A stretch of 63,654 nt of DNA, filler included, from Octopus bimaculoides (taxonomy: Eukaryota): the NCBI RefSeq assembly GCF_001194135.2. It is 5 parts of 4 records of this genome, joined end to end, with 100 filler letters (N's around TTAATTAATTAA, not from the genome) between each part and the next. Parts side by side here need not be neighbours in the genome. Positions count along the whole stretch, not along the records: positions 1 to 24,177 come from NC_068982.1; positions 24,278 to 34,486 come from NC_068982.1; 3 more parts are not named here. One strand, 5' to 3'. Each line of letters begins with the position of its first letter. The stretch's first letter is position 1. A program made the translations under genes and the position numbers. A model generated the notes under the pieces. It saw nothing but the letters and a program-made list of their open reading frames with translations, did not search any database and was not told the origin of the DNA. Of the stretch, positions 12,450 through 26,014 are shown in pieces.

Positions 12450-13109
12450 ACCCAGACATACACACATACACACACAAAACTATCCGAGACAAAATTATAA
12501 TATACAATTTACCCAATGGCGGCAACATTAACATACACCAGGAAAAAAGGGAATAAAGAGAAATAAAGTCCCCAGGACCTCAACACCAAGCACTGACAAG
12601 AGGTCTCTAAGTAGTTGTTGCATCTGCTGAGAAAAAAACTGCTAAATTTCCTCAAAGTACATCCATCCATCTTAAATATGGAAAGGACATATTGAATAAT
12701 GTAGTCCCTCGTATACAAAACGGAATGGGATGGTCAATGGCGAAATACATTTGATAATATGTCTGCTCGATCATGTTTGAAATGGGCTGAGAAATGACAG
12801 CAATAAATGTTGCTATCATTGTGACTCCTAGCATATACAAGAGTTAGTTTTCGGAAAGGATGTACTTTTGACACTGAATTTGACCCCAGTATTTAACTGG
12901 TATTTTGTTTTTATCGATCGCAGGCAAAAGGAATGCAAAATAGATGCCGAGGGTGTTTGAAGCCATGCCATAAAGAGATGCAACTAATTATCCTTTCTAC
13001 AATTATAATTGTATTTATGCGGGTTTATATAATTTAATTTTTTTATGTTAGAGTTGATAAGGTTTATGAAGGTAGTAAGAGTAATAAAAGAAGTGAAAAT
13101 TTATTGTTG

Positions 13110-13526
13110 AAATTTATGGAGAGGGGGCTAGTCGATTACATCGACTCCAATACTCAATGGGTATTTATTTTATCGACCCCGAGAAGATGAAAGGTAAAGT
13201 CGACCTCGATTGAATTTGAACTCGGAACGTAATGACGGACTAAATGCCGCTAAGCATTTTGTCCGACGTGCAAGCGATTCTGTAAGCTGGCCGCCTTAGA
13301 TATAACTAATTATCGGTTTCAAATTTTGGCACAAGGCCAGCAATTTCGTAGGAGAGGTAAGGCGATTACATCGAATCCAGTGCTCAACTGGTAATCATTT
13401 TATCGATTCCAAAAGGATAGAATGTAAAGTCGACATCGGCAGAATTTTAGCTCAAAACGTGAAAAGGGAGGAAATGTCGCTAAGCATTTTGCCCGGCACG
13501 GTAACGATTCTGCCAGATCACCGCCT
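13110..13526 (-). mobile_element. Two tandem copies of SINE family 1 (13110-13296 and 13315-13526)
   Basis: Each shows the reverse complement of head, B box and core. Confidence 0.85.
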
Positions 13527-14271
13527 AGACGTAACTAAATATATTAAAAAAAAAACCATTTTCTTCGATTCTGCCAAAATTTTCTCGACTCTTCATCGAT
13601 TCTGCTAAATCTGCCACCCAGAACGTTCTTGTAATAACGCATAACATCGAACAACGCAACGATATAGCATCAACGATTACAAGAACAACATAACAGGAAT
13701 AACAGCTAAACCTAAAACAATAGAAACATTTGCAGCAGCAACATCAATAACATGAATAATTGCAAAAGCAAAGATTTTTTGTTTGCCACTAACAACAATA
13801 ATACTGTGCATAGTAACCACAGTATCAACATTATTGAGCAAGAACTAAGAAACATTACATCAGTTCTTCTAAAACTTCTCGAACTTTCTTCAACTATCAC
13901 CTCATTTTTTAACATTCTTGAAAGACCCCTCCTTCATCTACTGTACCTGCACATAGTATCTAGCCAAAGTAATTTAGTTTCTGATATTAGTTCGATGTGG
14001 ATGACCACTTACCATAATGCCATCCCACTTGCAGCGAATATTTGACGCATTACTGCCTGACATTAGTTGTTGACCCATATCTTAGCTCATAATTTTGTTG
14101 AATCCCAGTCACATATTCTTAATGCATCCTGTATATATCAACGTAGCTACTAGTTGAAATGTATCTTTATAATCGTAATATATAGTTACCGTTGTTATAG
14201 TAATTGTTGTTGCTGTGATTGTAGCTAAGAAGCAATTTATCATATTACATTTAATATTCCTTAAAGGTTAA

Positions 14272-14618
14272 GGCGGCGAGCTGGCAGAAACGTTAGCACG
14301 CCGGGCGAAATGCTTAGCGGTATTTCGTCTGTCTTTACGTTCTGAGTTCAAATTCCGCCGATGTCAACTTTGCCTTTTATCTTTTCGGGGTCGATTAAAT
14401 AAGTACCAGTTATGCACTGGAGTCGATATAATCGAATTAATCCCTTTGTCTGTCCTTGTTTGCCCCCTCTGTGTGTAGCCCCTTGTGAGCAATAAATAAA
14501 TAAGAAACGGTAGCACAGCGGGCGAAATGCTTGGCGGTATTTCGTCTGTCTTTACGTTCTGAGTTCAAATTCCACCGAGGTCGACTGGCCCCTTCCACCA
14601 AAATTAGAAAAGAATATT
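14272..14618 (+). mobile_element. SINE family 1 composite: full tail-A copy plus headless, internally deleted tail-B copy
   Basis: GGCGGCGAGCTGGCAGAAACGTTAGCACG...CCCCTTGTGAGCAATAAATAAATA, then AGAAACGGTAGCAC...GTCGACTGGCCCC...AGAAAAGAATATT. Confidence 0.9.
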
Positions 14619-15484
14619 TTTAAAGGATAATATCTAAATAAGAGACAACGACTTAATAACACTACGGACACATTCATTGTCATTACCCCCACCCCTGCCG
14701 TCATCCTGCAACCACCTTCATCCTTAGTACCCATATAATAGTTTACACCGCTTCCAAAGTGGTTCTAGATAAATAGAATCTTTGAATGACCACTGTGGAA
14801 ACATCTTTGATAATAAGTATGCTCATTCGTGCCTGGTCACGTGATAAACAACAATGCAGTAGACATCATGAACTGCATCATTAGCAACAACCTTGACGAT
14901 AATAAAAGCAACGAGAACTGCCAGTAACTACTATTACGTTTGAAGTGTATGTTTTCCAATTCAGATTTGTAATCAGAATTGTTTAATGTTATTTGAAATT
15001 AAAATGCAGCAGCTTGGTGCAATCATGAGAGCGTCGAACAAAAATGCCTTGCAGTCTCTGCTTCAGCTCTTTGAGTGCTTAAGTCGATTCTCGCTAAGGT
15101 CAACTTTGACTTTAATCCTTCCGAGGTCAATACAATAAAATATCAATGAAATACTGAGTCAATTTAATCGGCTAACTCTTCTGAAATTTGCGGCCCATGT
15201 AAGAAATTATTTGAAATTAAATTAATGAAAATTGACATCATTGTGTGTAGTCATCAGCCAACTGCACGTTCTCCATATAATAGCATATTTCTGGTGTGGT
15301 AAGCTTGACAAACATTCTGTGGTATATGATCCACATCGATAACCTCATAATAAATGCTATTTAGAGTTCGATGACGGAACAGTATTAAGCAACTCATTAG
15401 GGCGGCAAAACATGTACACACTAAGTTCATTTAATAGTGACGAATAAAAAAAAATAGGAGGAAAAAAGAAGCTTGAATAGACTA

Positions 15485-15652
15485 GCGCATGCGTGGCTGT
15501 GTGGTAAGAAGTTTGCTTTCAAACCACCTGGTTCCGTGTTCAGTCTCACTGCGTGGTAATTTGGGCATTTTGGGCAAGTGTCTCTTACTAAAGCTTTGGC
15601 TCGACCAAAGCCTGGTGAGTGGATTTGGTAGACGGAAATTGAAAGAATCCAT

Positions 15653-15690
<38 letters not shown>

Positions 15691-15906
15691 GTGTGATGCG
15701 CGTGTGTCTTTGTGTGCTCCCCACCACTACTTGACAAGTAGTGTTAATGTGTTTACGTCCCCATAACTTAGCGGTTCGGCAAAAGAGCACCGATAGAATA
15801 AGTGCTAGCCTTAAAAAATAATACTGGGGTCGATCTGCTTGACTAAAACTCTTCAACGCAGAGCCACTGCATGACTGCAGTCTAATCAGTGAAACAAGTA
15901 AAAGAA
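15485..15906 (+). mobile_element. SINE family 2: CORE-like left unit, microsatellite spacer, right unit
   Basis: GGCTGTGTGGTAAGAAG head, TTGGGCAAGTGTC CORE-like motif, GTGAGTGGATTTGGTAGACGGAAA, (CA)n(TA)n, right unit ending TGAAACAAGTAAAAGA. Confidence 0.85.
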
Positions 15907-16100
15907 TAAAAAAAAGACAGGCTTGGACTGGTTAAACAAGGACAGCAACACTGAGAAAGCTTTTGCTTGCTCCGTTACAGAATATACTACTCTAACTTTC
16001 TCTTTCAGTGAGAAGACATAAATACTAGCAATACTCGTAGAAATGCCATAGTTATCTAGAATAACTTAAGGCCATTTGAATATCTTAGAATCCAGAAATC

Positions 16101-16500
16101 GGTGAGTTGGCAGAAACGTTAGCACCCCGGGCGAAATGCTTACCGGTATTTCGCCTGCCACTGCGTTCTTAGTTCAAATTCCGCCGAGGTCGACTTTGCC
16201 TTTCATCCTTTCGGGGGTCGATAAATTAAGTACCAGTTACGTACTGGGGTCGATATAATCGACTTAATCCGTTTGTCTGTCCCTGTTTGTCCCCTCTGTG
16301 TGTAGCCCCTTGTGGGCAGTAAAGAAATAGGTATTTCTTCTGTCTACGTTCTGAGTTCAAATTTCGCCGAGGTTGATTTTGCATTTCATCCTTTCGGTGT
16401 CGATAAATTAAGTACCAGTTGTGTGCTGGGGTTGATCAACCCGACTGGCCCACTCCCCCAAAATTTCAGGCCTTGTGCCCTAGAGTAGAAAAGGATTATT
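16101..16500 (+). mobile_element. SINE family 1 composite (tail-A copy plus headless tail-B copy)
   Basis: Same architecture as 14272-14618; junction at 16329/16330. Confidence 0.9.
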
Positions 16501-17286
16501 TTGGAACCCACAACTCATTCGGTCATCCTTTTGCCTCTTTCGCTGGACTTTCCGGTTCAATTTCAGCCATATGCACTTTTGGAAACGTAGGTTCAAAAAC
16601 AGTTATAGATACGTTTTTTTTTGTCTTTTGCTTTTGATATCAAAATTAAGATAGAGCATAACGTATTAAAAATCGTTACAGCGTTACCAACTTAACCGTA
16701 CTTCAACAGAATGATATAATAGGTTTCGTGCAATTTTGTTTCTTAGTGAAGACAGAATTTATTTAAAGCGATACGTTCAGAGATCATAACAGAATAATAT
16801 TATATATTATTATTATTATCAGTAGTGCCACTTCAACGACATCTATAATATATTTTCGAGTATATTTTAACAACATTCGTGGCAATAACCATCTTCAACA
16901 TCTGAGAAATATTTTTTCCCTTTTGATTCGCTCTCCAATGTATATGAAATTTCCCAAAAGAAATATTGTCAAGTATATCAACAGATTCAGATGAAAAGAC
17001 CTGAAAGCGGTGAAGGGTAAATGTAGAAAAGTAAGGAATTGAAGTAACACTGGATCAAGGATAAAGTAAAGATCGAATAGAATTACTGTTATTGTTGGTG
17101 TTGTTGCTGACGACGACGACGACGACGACGATGACAATGATCATGACTGTAATGATTTTGTTTTGACGATATCTAATGTTAATCTCCTCGAAATATCGGA
17201 TGGGGAGAAATATGTGTGTATCTCTGTGTGCGCGCGCGCGTGTATACACACACACACATATATAGAGATACATATGCACACACATA

Positions 17287-17365
<79 letters not shown>

Positions 17366-17611
17366 TATATATCTGAATATGTATGTATATATGCGTCAGC
17401 TTGAAAAGAGATGGCTGGTAGCAAAAACTATTGGATGCACCAGATTGTTAATTATGCTCTATGATATCAATATTGAGACAATAACGGGTGGCTAGTAGCA
17501 TAACTAGATAAATGTAGTAGAAGCCGTAATTATTAGATATAGACATGAAAATGGGTGTGTGGTCCGATTTCTGTTTTACCTTCATTTTGTTACACACACA
17601 CACACACACAC

Positions 17612-17670
<59 letters not shown>

Positions 17671-18515
17671 TGTTGACTTATATATTATTCAACATATACA
17701 AATTTATTCTTTTCATAAGCTGAATTTATGAATAAATTCATTTCAATTCAAGAATTTTTTTTTTATTTACTGTTTATCTAGGAAAGAAACTCATTGTGAA
17801 ATAAACTGACTTCTAATGCCTATAGTATTAAAAGACATGCTATGCATGTTCGTATATTTAACGTGTATTATTGTACTGTATCTCACAACACCGCAAAATC
17901 TCTGCTCTTCAGAGTACAAATCTGTAGCATTTCAGTAAAGTCATTAATTATTAATTTAATTAAAACATTAAGCAATAATTTTTCTTCCTTACTTGTATGT
18001 TTTTGTTTAACATATAACAATCAATATTTTAATAGTATGATTAAAATAGAATATTTTAACTGCTTGAAATATATAATTAATTTATTAAATATCGCTATAT
18101 CTTTTTATAATGCAAAAAAAATTTAACAGCCATTATATATTTGTTCGACATATAAAAATAAAACAAAAATGTATTGATGCGTAATCTAGAATACAACTGT
18201 GAATATAAGTTAATATTTAAATAAATATGATGTACGCAAATATATACGCACACACAAACATATACATGCTCACACGCATACATGATCGAAAGAAATAAAA
18301 TAACGTATTCTCTTTGTGTCGACACCGGTGCTTTGTTTGAAAGTAAACATGTAATAATAGCTTCATTAAATATATAATTAGGAAAGAAGAGATTTTCTTT
18401 ATAATCATTCGCAATAGAGTAGCACATAATTGGAATTTCGATAGATAATACACATAAGTTAAATACAAAAGAGTAATGCAGATTATAAGGGCTTTATGCC
18501 TCGTAAATAAATCCC

Positions 18516-18548
<33 letters not shown>

Positions 18549-18586
18549 CATTATTATTGTTGTTGTTGTTGTTGTTATTATTATTA

Positions 18587-18635
<49 letters not shown>

Positions 18636-18749
18636 CATTATTATTGTTGTTGTTGTTGTTATTATTATTATCATTATTATTATTGTTATTATTATTATTA
18701 TTATTATTAGTAGTAGTAGTAGTAGTGGTGGTAGTATCACCATTACCAT

Positions 18750-21700
18750 TATATGTTTTCAATAGTAACATGCGGGGGTTTGACTTCATTGCCAGGTGCA
18801 CCTCTGTATTTCTCAGATATGTGTAGCACTGGCTTTTATGAGAGTGGGAAGGTGCTTGTGTTTGCAGCTAATTTACTTTGTTGCGGATTTGTTTTGTTGT
18901 TTCTTGAATTATTTTACAGTTTCCTTTGTTCAGAGAATCTTTTATGAGATTGGCAGTTGATCGTGCAAGAACATGAGTTGTGTAAGCTGTGCTATTTTAT
19001 TGTGTTGTGATTAGGTTATGCATGTGTTGTGCGAGTTGGATTATTGTACTTGGAGATGATTGTGCAGAACATGCACTGTGTGATTTGTGAAATTCAATTG
19101 AATCTGTATTTCATATGATACGTGATGTGCCTAGTACAGCTATAATTTAAACTGTATATTGATTTCTGAACACCAATATAGTTTTATATAGGACTTTTTA
19201 TGTGGTTATTTATCGAAAACTCTACACAGACTATCGGTGCTGTTGACTTTAACCCGCGCGATCAGATTCACTGTAACATCCATGTTACATATTATTAATA
19301 TATATAATCTTTATGCTTAGATATCTTTAGGACTGCTAGTCTTGCAGAGATGATGAAGAGGTCTACCAAAGTACATAGACTTTCATTCCAGTCTTTGAAT
19401 GCAATATTCAAGAGGTTCTCTGTGATAGATGATTTAATCTAGATGGGCAAGATCCAGATTATCATAGCCAAGTTATTGAGAGTGGGTTTGGCGCATGCCT
19501 TTCGCTTATTGTCGCAGTGTTCATATCGATTGTGTCGGCATTCTGTGCAATGTCTATCCAGTCATATCTATTTGTGGATATATTCTATACTTGTTTGACT
19601 GAATAGCCAGAAATTATGTGTTGACTGCATAATTTGTATTTGATGTTAGCCCTTTTTTCATTATTAGACTGTAGTTAAAGGCGGCGAGCTGGTAGAAACA
19701 TTAGCACACCGGGCGAAATACTTAGCGGTATTTTGTCAGCCGCTACGTTCTGAGTTCAAATTCCGCCGAGGTCGACTTAGCCTTTCATCCTTTCGGGGTC
19801 GATTAATTAAGTACCAGTTACGCACTGGGGTCGATGTAATTGACTTAAAAATCCATTGTCTGTCCTTGTTTGTCCCCTCTATGATTAGCCCCTTGTGGGC
19901 AATAAAGAAATAAGAATCGTTTTCTCGCCGGAAAAAACATTTAGCAGCATTTCGTCGTCTTTATGTTCTGAGTTCAAATCTCGCCGAGGTCACTTTCGCC
20001 TTTCATCGTTTCAGGATCGATGAAATAAATGCTAGTTGATCACAGGGATCGATGTAATCGACCAGCCCTCACTACCAACATATTTTAGGCCTTGTGCTTA
20101 AAAAAGATTACTAGACTACTTTGGCTTTAATAGTGTATAGGTAAGATAAAACATCCCGTTCTTACAGAGCTTTTGCGCTATTGCTGACATCCCGGCAATC
20201 AAATCTTACATAATATTTGGTATGAAGATGTTTTTCCATTCCTTTATTTTGGGAGCTCCATTTTTATTTTCCCTATTTAAAACCCCTTATGTTGTTTTAT
20301 CCTTATCTAATCTTTCCTCTATAGGCCTTTACATTACTCTGTTCTATCAGTTTCTTCTAATAATTTTCATCTGTTACTTCTAACAATTTTTGTCATGGGG
20401 GCTGGGTTCTTTTCTAATTCTCTGATTTTCTTAAGTCTAATTTTGGAGCATTTGTCAGTTTCATATCCTAGCTGAATACATGAAAAGTTATTTTGTAGGT
20501 TATACAATCAATTATTGCATTTGTAAGTAGCTTCTATCATTGTTATATTAGAAATGGTTTATAATTTCTCCATAGCATTTCACTCTGTTGTTGCTTCCAT
20601 TCAGTCAAATTGTTAAAGGTATCTGAACTTGACAGAAATTTGCTTATAAAATCATTTTTGGAAATGGGATAAAATGGATTGTTATAGCTTTCTTGTAGTG
20701 ATATCGTTGCGTATTATTTCGACGGCTTGTTTGACATATTGTCTTAAGAGTGAGGCTTCTTCGTTCATATATAGTTTAAATTATCCACAATAAGGTTCCT
20801 TATCTCACATGTTCCTTCGGTAAGATGTTATTTCTTTCAGATGTTAGTACAAATGTCAGGAGGTTGTATGTTATTGTAAAACAGGTTATTAACCTGTAGT
20901 TTGTAGTCTTTAGTGCTTTTGTTTGGAAGAATCCACAATGTTTACCATTCTAATAACCAGACAGGTGTTGATTCTAGTCTCTTCAGTAATCCATTAAAAG
21001 CTATTGTCACAGTTTTATGAATATTAGTTAAATATGTTAGCCAGAAATTAACGATCAATTCTGGGAGCTTTTAAGTTGACAGTAATCTTCACTGTATTAG
21101 TGAATTCCCCGTCATTTATGTTGGTTCGTGCAAGTTGAGTTATTGCATTTTCTTCTTTCTAATCTATTGTGAAGATTTATTAAACTATCTGTTTATGTTC
21201 ATTTTTTTCGTATATCTGCATATTTGTTGATGTTAGTGTATCATTCAGAATTATGCAATCTTTTATTAATACTAAGGTATTTACTTCAAACACCACATTC
21301 CCACGGAAGAAACATTTCGTAGCATCTCTTCTAGCACGATTATATCAAGATAAGTTGTTTTACAATCTCGCTTACTCTTAGAATACCTTTTCTTTAATTA
21401 TTAATTTTTTTTTTCTTATAGATGCTTTTGCCATAATAAACCTCTCCATATTTTTTTTTTTTTTTCGCTGGGTTAGCAAAATCTTCCCTATTTTTATCAA
21501 TTTTGTATTATGGATTTCCTTTCTATGTTTTTCTTTAGTGGGGTATGCTCGGCCGAGGAGAATCTTACACTGTTAGGTTCGAATTTTACTTCCGCTTTCT
21601 TCTCCATAGCTACTGAATATATTAGATCATTTAGCCTATTTATGTTTGGGTTTACTTCTACTGAATGAAATTTTGGAAAGCCAAGCTATATATGATTATT

Positions 21701-22470
21701 ACTTCCTGGAAATATTTCATTTGTAGCTCAGGCAGCTATTGTCGTTGATTCATGCATACTGATATTGTTATAGTGACTTCCTATATAGATTTATTGTTTC
21801 TGAGATTATACTGTGTTGTGATGTGTGTTTCCCTACTATTATATGTGTTGTCAAGTGTAGGAGTCACAAGAGTATATTATTGTGAGGTTGTATTTGTTTA
21901 CTTGATTCCATAGGGAATTATGTGGTTTACGTCAACGTATTGAATGTTTAACATTTATTTTCTCTTTCTATTTTATTTTGCTGCAATTCCTTATTCATTC
22001 TCTGAACTGTAGTATCTGTTGTAACACTTCCTTTTGGTTTGAGAGCTCATCTGTTATGTATGTATTTCTGCTGTGGCATTTCTCTTTGTTGCGGAAGCTT
22101 ATGTATTTTGCATGTAGTGCATCTCTTGAATTGCTTTCATTGGTTCGTGGAAGTTTATCTTTTTATTGCATGTGGTCGCTTGTTTTGCCTTATTTTTAGT
22201 GTGTATTCTCTGTATGAGTTGTTTAATTCCTGCTTCTGTGATCATTTCATTGTTTATTATAAATCTTTATTCATTCGTCAATTGTGCTGTATGTTTTTTT
22301 CTTCTTTCAGCTGTATCTCCTGCGTCTAATTTATAGCGCACATGTGTGTTGTGCACAGTGTGGCTGTGTAGAATCGGCACAGTGCTTCATGGTATTGTTA
22401 TGTGTTCTATCATTCTCTTGTAGTTATGCCTTTATTTTTATGGACGTAAGCAAAAGGAATACCGCTTCCT
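18750..22470 (-). pseudogene. Probable long, heavily degraded PLE-like element interrupted by SINEs
   Basis: Scattered minus-strand remnants such as KFEPN (about 21590), IIWILPI.IKSS (about 19460, cf. SIWLIIPF in the 61093 PLE) and NYIGV (about 19175), with strong A-rich skew on the minus strand. No long ORF. Confidence 0.35.
19680..20110 (+). mobile_element. SINE family 1 composite (tail-A copy plus degraded tail-B copy)
   Basis: Same architecture; junction at about 19912. Confidence 0.9.
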
Positions 22471-22699
22471 CTTTCACCCGCACGCCAAGGCACCAGGACT
22501 CACGTTAGAAACGACGCTTGAATCACCGCTGGCACCGTCCACACCACTATTGCAAACATTATCAACACTACCATCGCCGTTAGCCACCAACACCAGCGGT
22601 GACAGCAGAAGCAGGACCACCAGCACACTGTTACCACCACCAGATTTGTAAAAGAACATATTATAGCAACAGCAGTTACATTAGCCATTGTGGAAAGAA

Positions 22700-22895
22700 C
22701 AACCACAACAAGAGCCACACCACAACCATCACACCACCACTGCCACCATCACACTACTACCACCATCACACTGCCACCACCATCACACCACCACCACCAT
22801 CACCACCACCATCACCACCACCGCCGCCGCCGCTACCAGAACCACCACCACCACTGCTGCAACACTCATCACTACAATCACCACCAGCACCGGAA
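22700..22895. repeat. (CAC)n/(ACC)n degenerate trinucleotide repeat
   Basis: Directly visible; gives the His/Pro/Thr-rich ORFs. Confidence 0.9.
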
Positions 22896-23911
22896 TGAAA
22901 AAGCGGAAAAAGATTTGGCGGTATCATCAAATAACTATCGGAAAGCCAGCTCCTTCAGTGATACATGCTTTTGGGATGAAACACTTATGTCGAACAAGTA
23001 GGCTTTCAAGCTAAAATATATACACGAATTGATTATTCGCCTTCATATTCTGACTTTGTTAGAAGCAGGCGCGAACGAAATGAATAACCAGGGAAGGATA
23101 CCAAAGTATTGTCAAATAAAACTGACAATAAAGAAAATTGTTAAACGCTTCAGTATAGGCCGAACATATAAGAAGGACGTATTGGGTGCCATATAGCATA
23201 TCAGCAGAGGGATGCGATATGGGGCAGTGTAACTTTCTGACTCAATAATGACGAGTCTAAAAGGTAATCTATCAACGTTATCTAGTATCCTCAAAATACA
23301 CCCACCTTTTTGTCATATATGGGATGACGAATGGACAAGAACACAGTCTATGATGAGTTACTTGTTGTGGACAGAGACTTTGTGATAATGATTATAGAGC
23401 AAAACATGAGATGTTCGACTCTAGAATGAACTCTCACCAAAATATGCCGAGGATCCAAATGGATATTCGCGTGCTCGTCATCTTTCCATAAACTAAAACA
23501 GTTCCACAACTGTAATAAAAATCATTTATGAATTCTAGTGGATGATAAAAATTCAAGATGGCGCAAACGCTCTAGTACGGGCAACAGGAAACGAATTTGT
23601 CCAAAGGAAAAACAAAATAAGAAGAAACTCACCTTGCTGCTAAAACTACAATCACGAACATTACAACAACATTAGTAATAGCACCATAGCAATGACTCAA
23701 TGGAGTCTTATGGAAGCACTTTTCCTCTGAAAATGACAAACAAGACTACGCATATACACATACATGTACATCTACCCACTTCTTACTTTTATTAAGATGA
23801 ATTGGAGGGCCATGGGCTCATACAGACAGAGGGTAACCAAGATCGGTTGATCCATCCTCATTCTTTAAGTGAAAAATGGCGATGTGCCAAAGTGCCTGCC
23901 AACTTTCTTCT

Positions 23912-23952
<41 letters not shown>

Positions 23953-24177
23953 CTATAATAACAGCAACAACAACAACAACAGCATCAGCATCAGCAGCAA
24001 ACTTAAAAGAAGATTAACAAAATATATAGCTGCAGTAACTCTTTCTTGTGTTACCTTTGAATGAGGTTAGCAATGCGATTAGATGTTACAACTTCACCCA
24101 AAAAGCACAAGCAATGGCGCTCGGTGAAGGAAGGAGCAAAAAAGCAGATTGCCAATATATAAAGAGCTGGTCAATAT

Positions 24178-24277
24178 NNNNNNNNNNNNNNNNNNNNNNN
24201 NNNNNNNNNNNNNNNNNNNNNTTAATTAATTAANNNNNNNNNNNNNNNNNNNNNNNNNNNNNNNNNNNNNNNNNNNN
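24178..24277. other. Artificial scaffold linker (44 N + TTAATTAATTAA + 44 N)
   Basis: Counted directly; identical structure at 34487-34586, 40754-40853 and 60991-61090. Confidence 0.95.
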
Positions 24278-24319
<42 letters not shown>

Positions 24320-24516
24320 CAAACATACACACACACACACATACAAATATATATCTGATTTTTTCTATGAATATCACAATTCTATAAAGTTTCAAATTCT
24401 TTAAGATTTCGCATTTTATTAGTCACAACAGTTTTTTGTCCATTATACCATTTTCTTGCTCTTGTTTTCTATAAATACCAATTTCTTGGTATATGACATG
24501 TTATCAACATTATTCC

Positions 24517-24568
<52 letters not shown>

Positions 24569-24580
24569 GTTATTATTATT

Positions 24581-24614
<34 letters not shown>

Positions 24615-24633
24615 CTATTATAATAATTATTAT

Positions 24634-24765
24634 TGAATTCAAATTCTGCCGATGGCGGCTTAGCCTTTGGTCCTTCGGGATGGATAAAATAAGTACCAGT
24701 TGTGTACAGTGGTCGATGTAATCGACTATACCCCCCCCCCTTAAATTTCAGGCTAGAAAGGATTC
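24634..24765 (+). mobile_element. SINE family 1 fragment
   Basis: GAATTCAAATTCTGCC...GGATAAAATAAGTACCAG...CTAGAAAGGATT. Confidence 0.75.
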
Positions 24766-25821
24766 TTCTTCTTCTTCTTCTTCTTCTTNNNNNNNNNNNN
24801 NNNNNNNNNNNNNNNNNNNNNNNNNNNNNNNNNNNNNNNNNNNNNNNNNNNNNNNNNNNNNNNNNNNNNNNNNNNNNNNNNNNNNNNNNNNNNNNNNNNN
24901 NNNNNNNNNNNNNNNNNNNNNNNNNNNNNNNNNNNNNNNNNNNNNNNNNNNNNNNNNNNNNNNNNNNNNNNNNNNNNNNNNNNNNNNNNNNNNNNNNNNN
25001 NNNNNNNNNNNNNNNNNNNNNNNNNNNNNNNNNNNNNNNNNNNNNNNNNNNNNNNNNNNNNNNNNNNNNNNNNNNNNNNNNNNNNNNNNNNNNNNNNNNN
25101 NNNNNNNNNNNNNNNNNNNNNNNNNNNNNNNNNNNNNNNNNNNNNNNNNNNNNNNNNNNNNNNNNNNNNNNNNNNNNNNNNNNNNNNNNNNNNNNNNNNN
25201 NNNNNNNNNNNNNNNNNNNNNNNNNNNNNNNNNNNNNNNNNNNNNNNNNNNNNNNNNNNNNNNNNNNNNNNNNNNNNNNNNNNNNNNNNNNNNNNNNNNN
25301 NNNNNNNNNNNNNNNNNNNNNNNNNNNNNNNNNNNNNNNNNNNNNNNNNNNNNNNNNNNNNNNNNNNNNNNNNNNNNNNNNNNNNNNNNNNNNNNNNNNN
25401 NNNNNNNNNNNNNNNNNNNNNNNNNNNNNNNNNNNNNNNNNNNNNNNNNNNNNNNNNNNNNNNNNNNNNNNNNNNNNNNNNNNNNNNNNNNNNNNNNNNN
25501 NNNNNNNNNNNNNNNNNNNNNNNNNNNNNNNNNNNNNNNNNNNNNNNNNNNNNNNNNNNNNNNNNNNNNNNNNNNNNNNNNNNNNNNNNNNNNNNNNNNN
25601 NNNNNNNNNNNNNNNNNNNNNNNNNNNNNNNNNNNNNNNNNNNNNNNNNNNNNNNNNNNNNNNNNNNNNNNNNNNNNNNNNNNNNNNNNNNNNNNNNNNN
25701 NNNNNNNNNNNNNNNNNNNNNNNNNNNNNNNNNNNNNNNNNNNNNNNNNNNNNNNNNNNNNNNNNNNNNNNNAAATAAAGGAAAATATACGTAGCGTAAA
25801 ATATTATTTTATCGTTTCTCA

Positions 25822-25979
25822 TTTACTTTTTTCAGTCATTGGATTGCGACCATGCTGGGGCACCATCATGAAGGGTTTTTCAATCAAACAAATTGGCCTA
25901 GCACTAGTTTTGTTCTATTTTCTTTTTTGTTGAACAGTTAACTTACGGTTACGTTAACAAACCAATACCGGTGGTGAGA

Positions 25980-25980
<1 letters not shown>
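25822..25980 (-). mobile_element. SINE family 2 right unit
   Basis: TACTTTTTTCAGTCATTGGATTGCGACCATGCTGGGGCACC, shared with the other copies. Confidence 0.7.

Positions 25981-26014
<34 letters not shown>

Noticed and set aside
14005-14115. Minus-strand exon with a perfect G|GTAAGT donor (MGQQLMS...)
   Set aside because: Stops in all frames from the nearest acceptor and no compatible downstream exon; a single perfect donor is expected by chance.
22474-22659. Signal-peptide-like ORF with a GTGAGT donor
   Set aside because: It lies in degenerate (GGT/CAC)n sequence that yields hydrophobic peptides by default, and the acceptor is poor.
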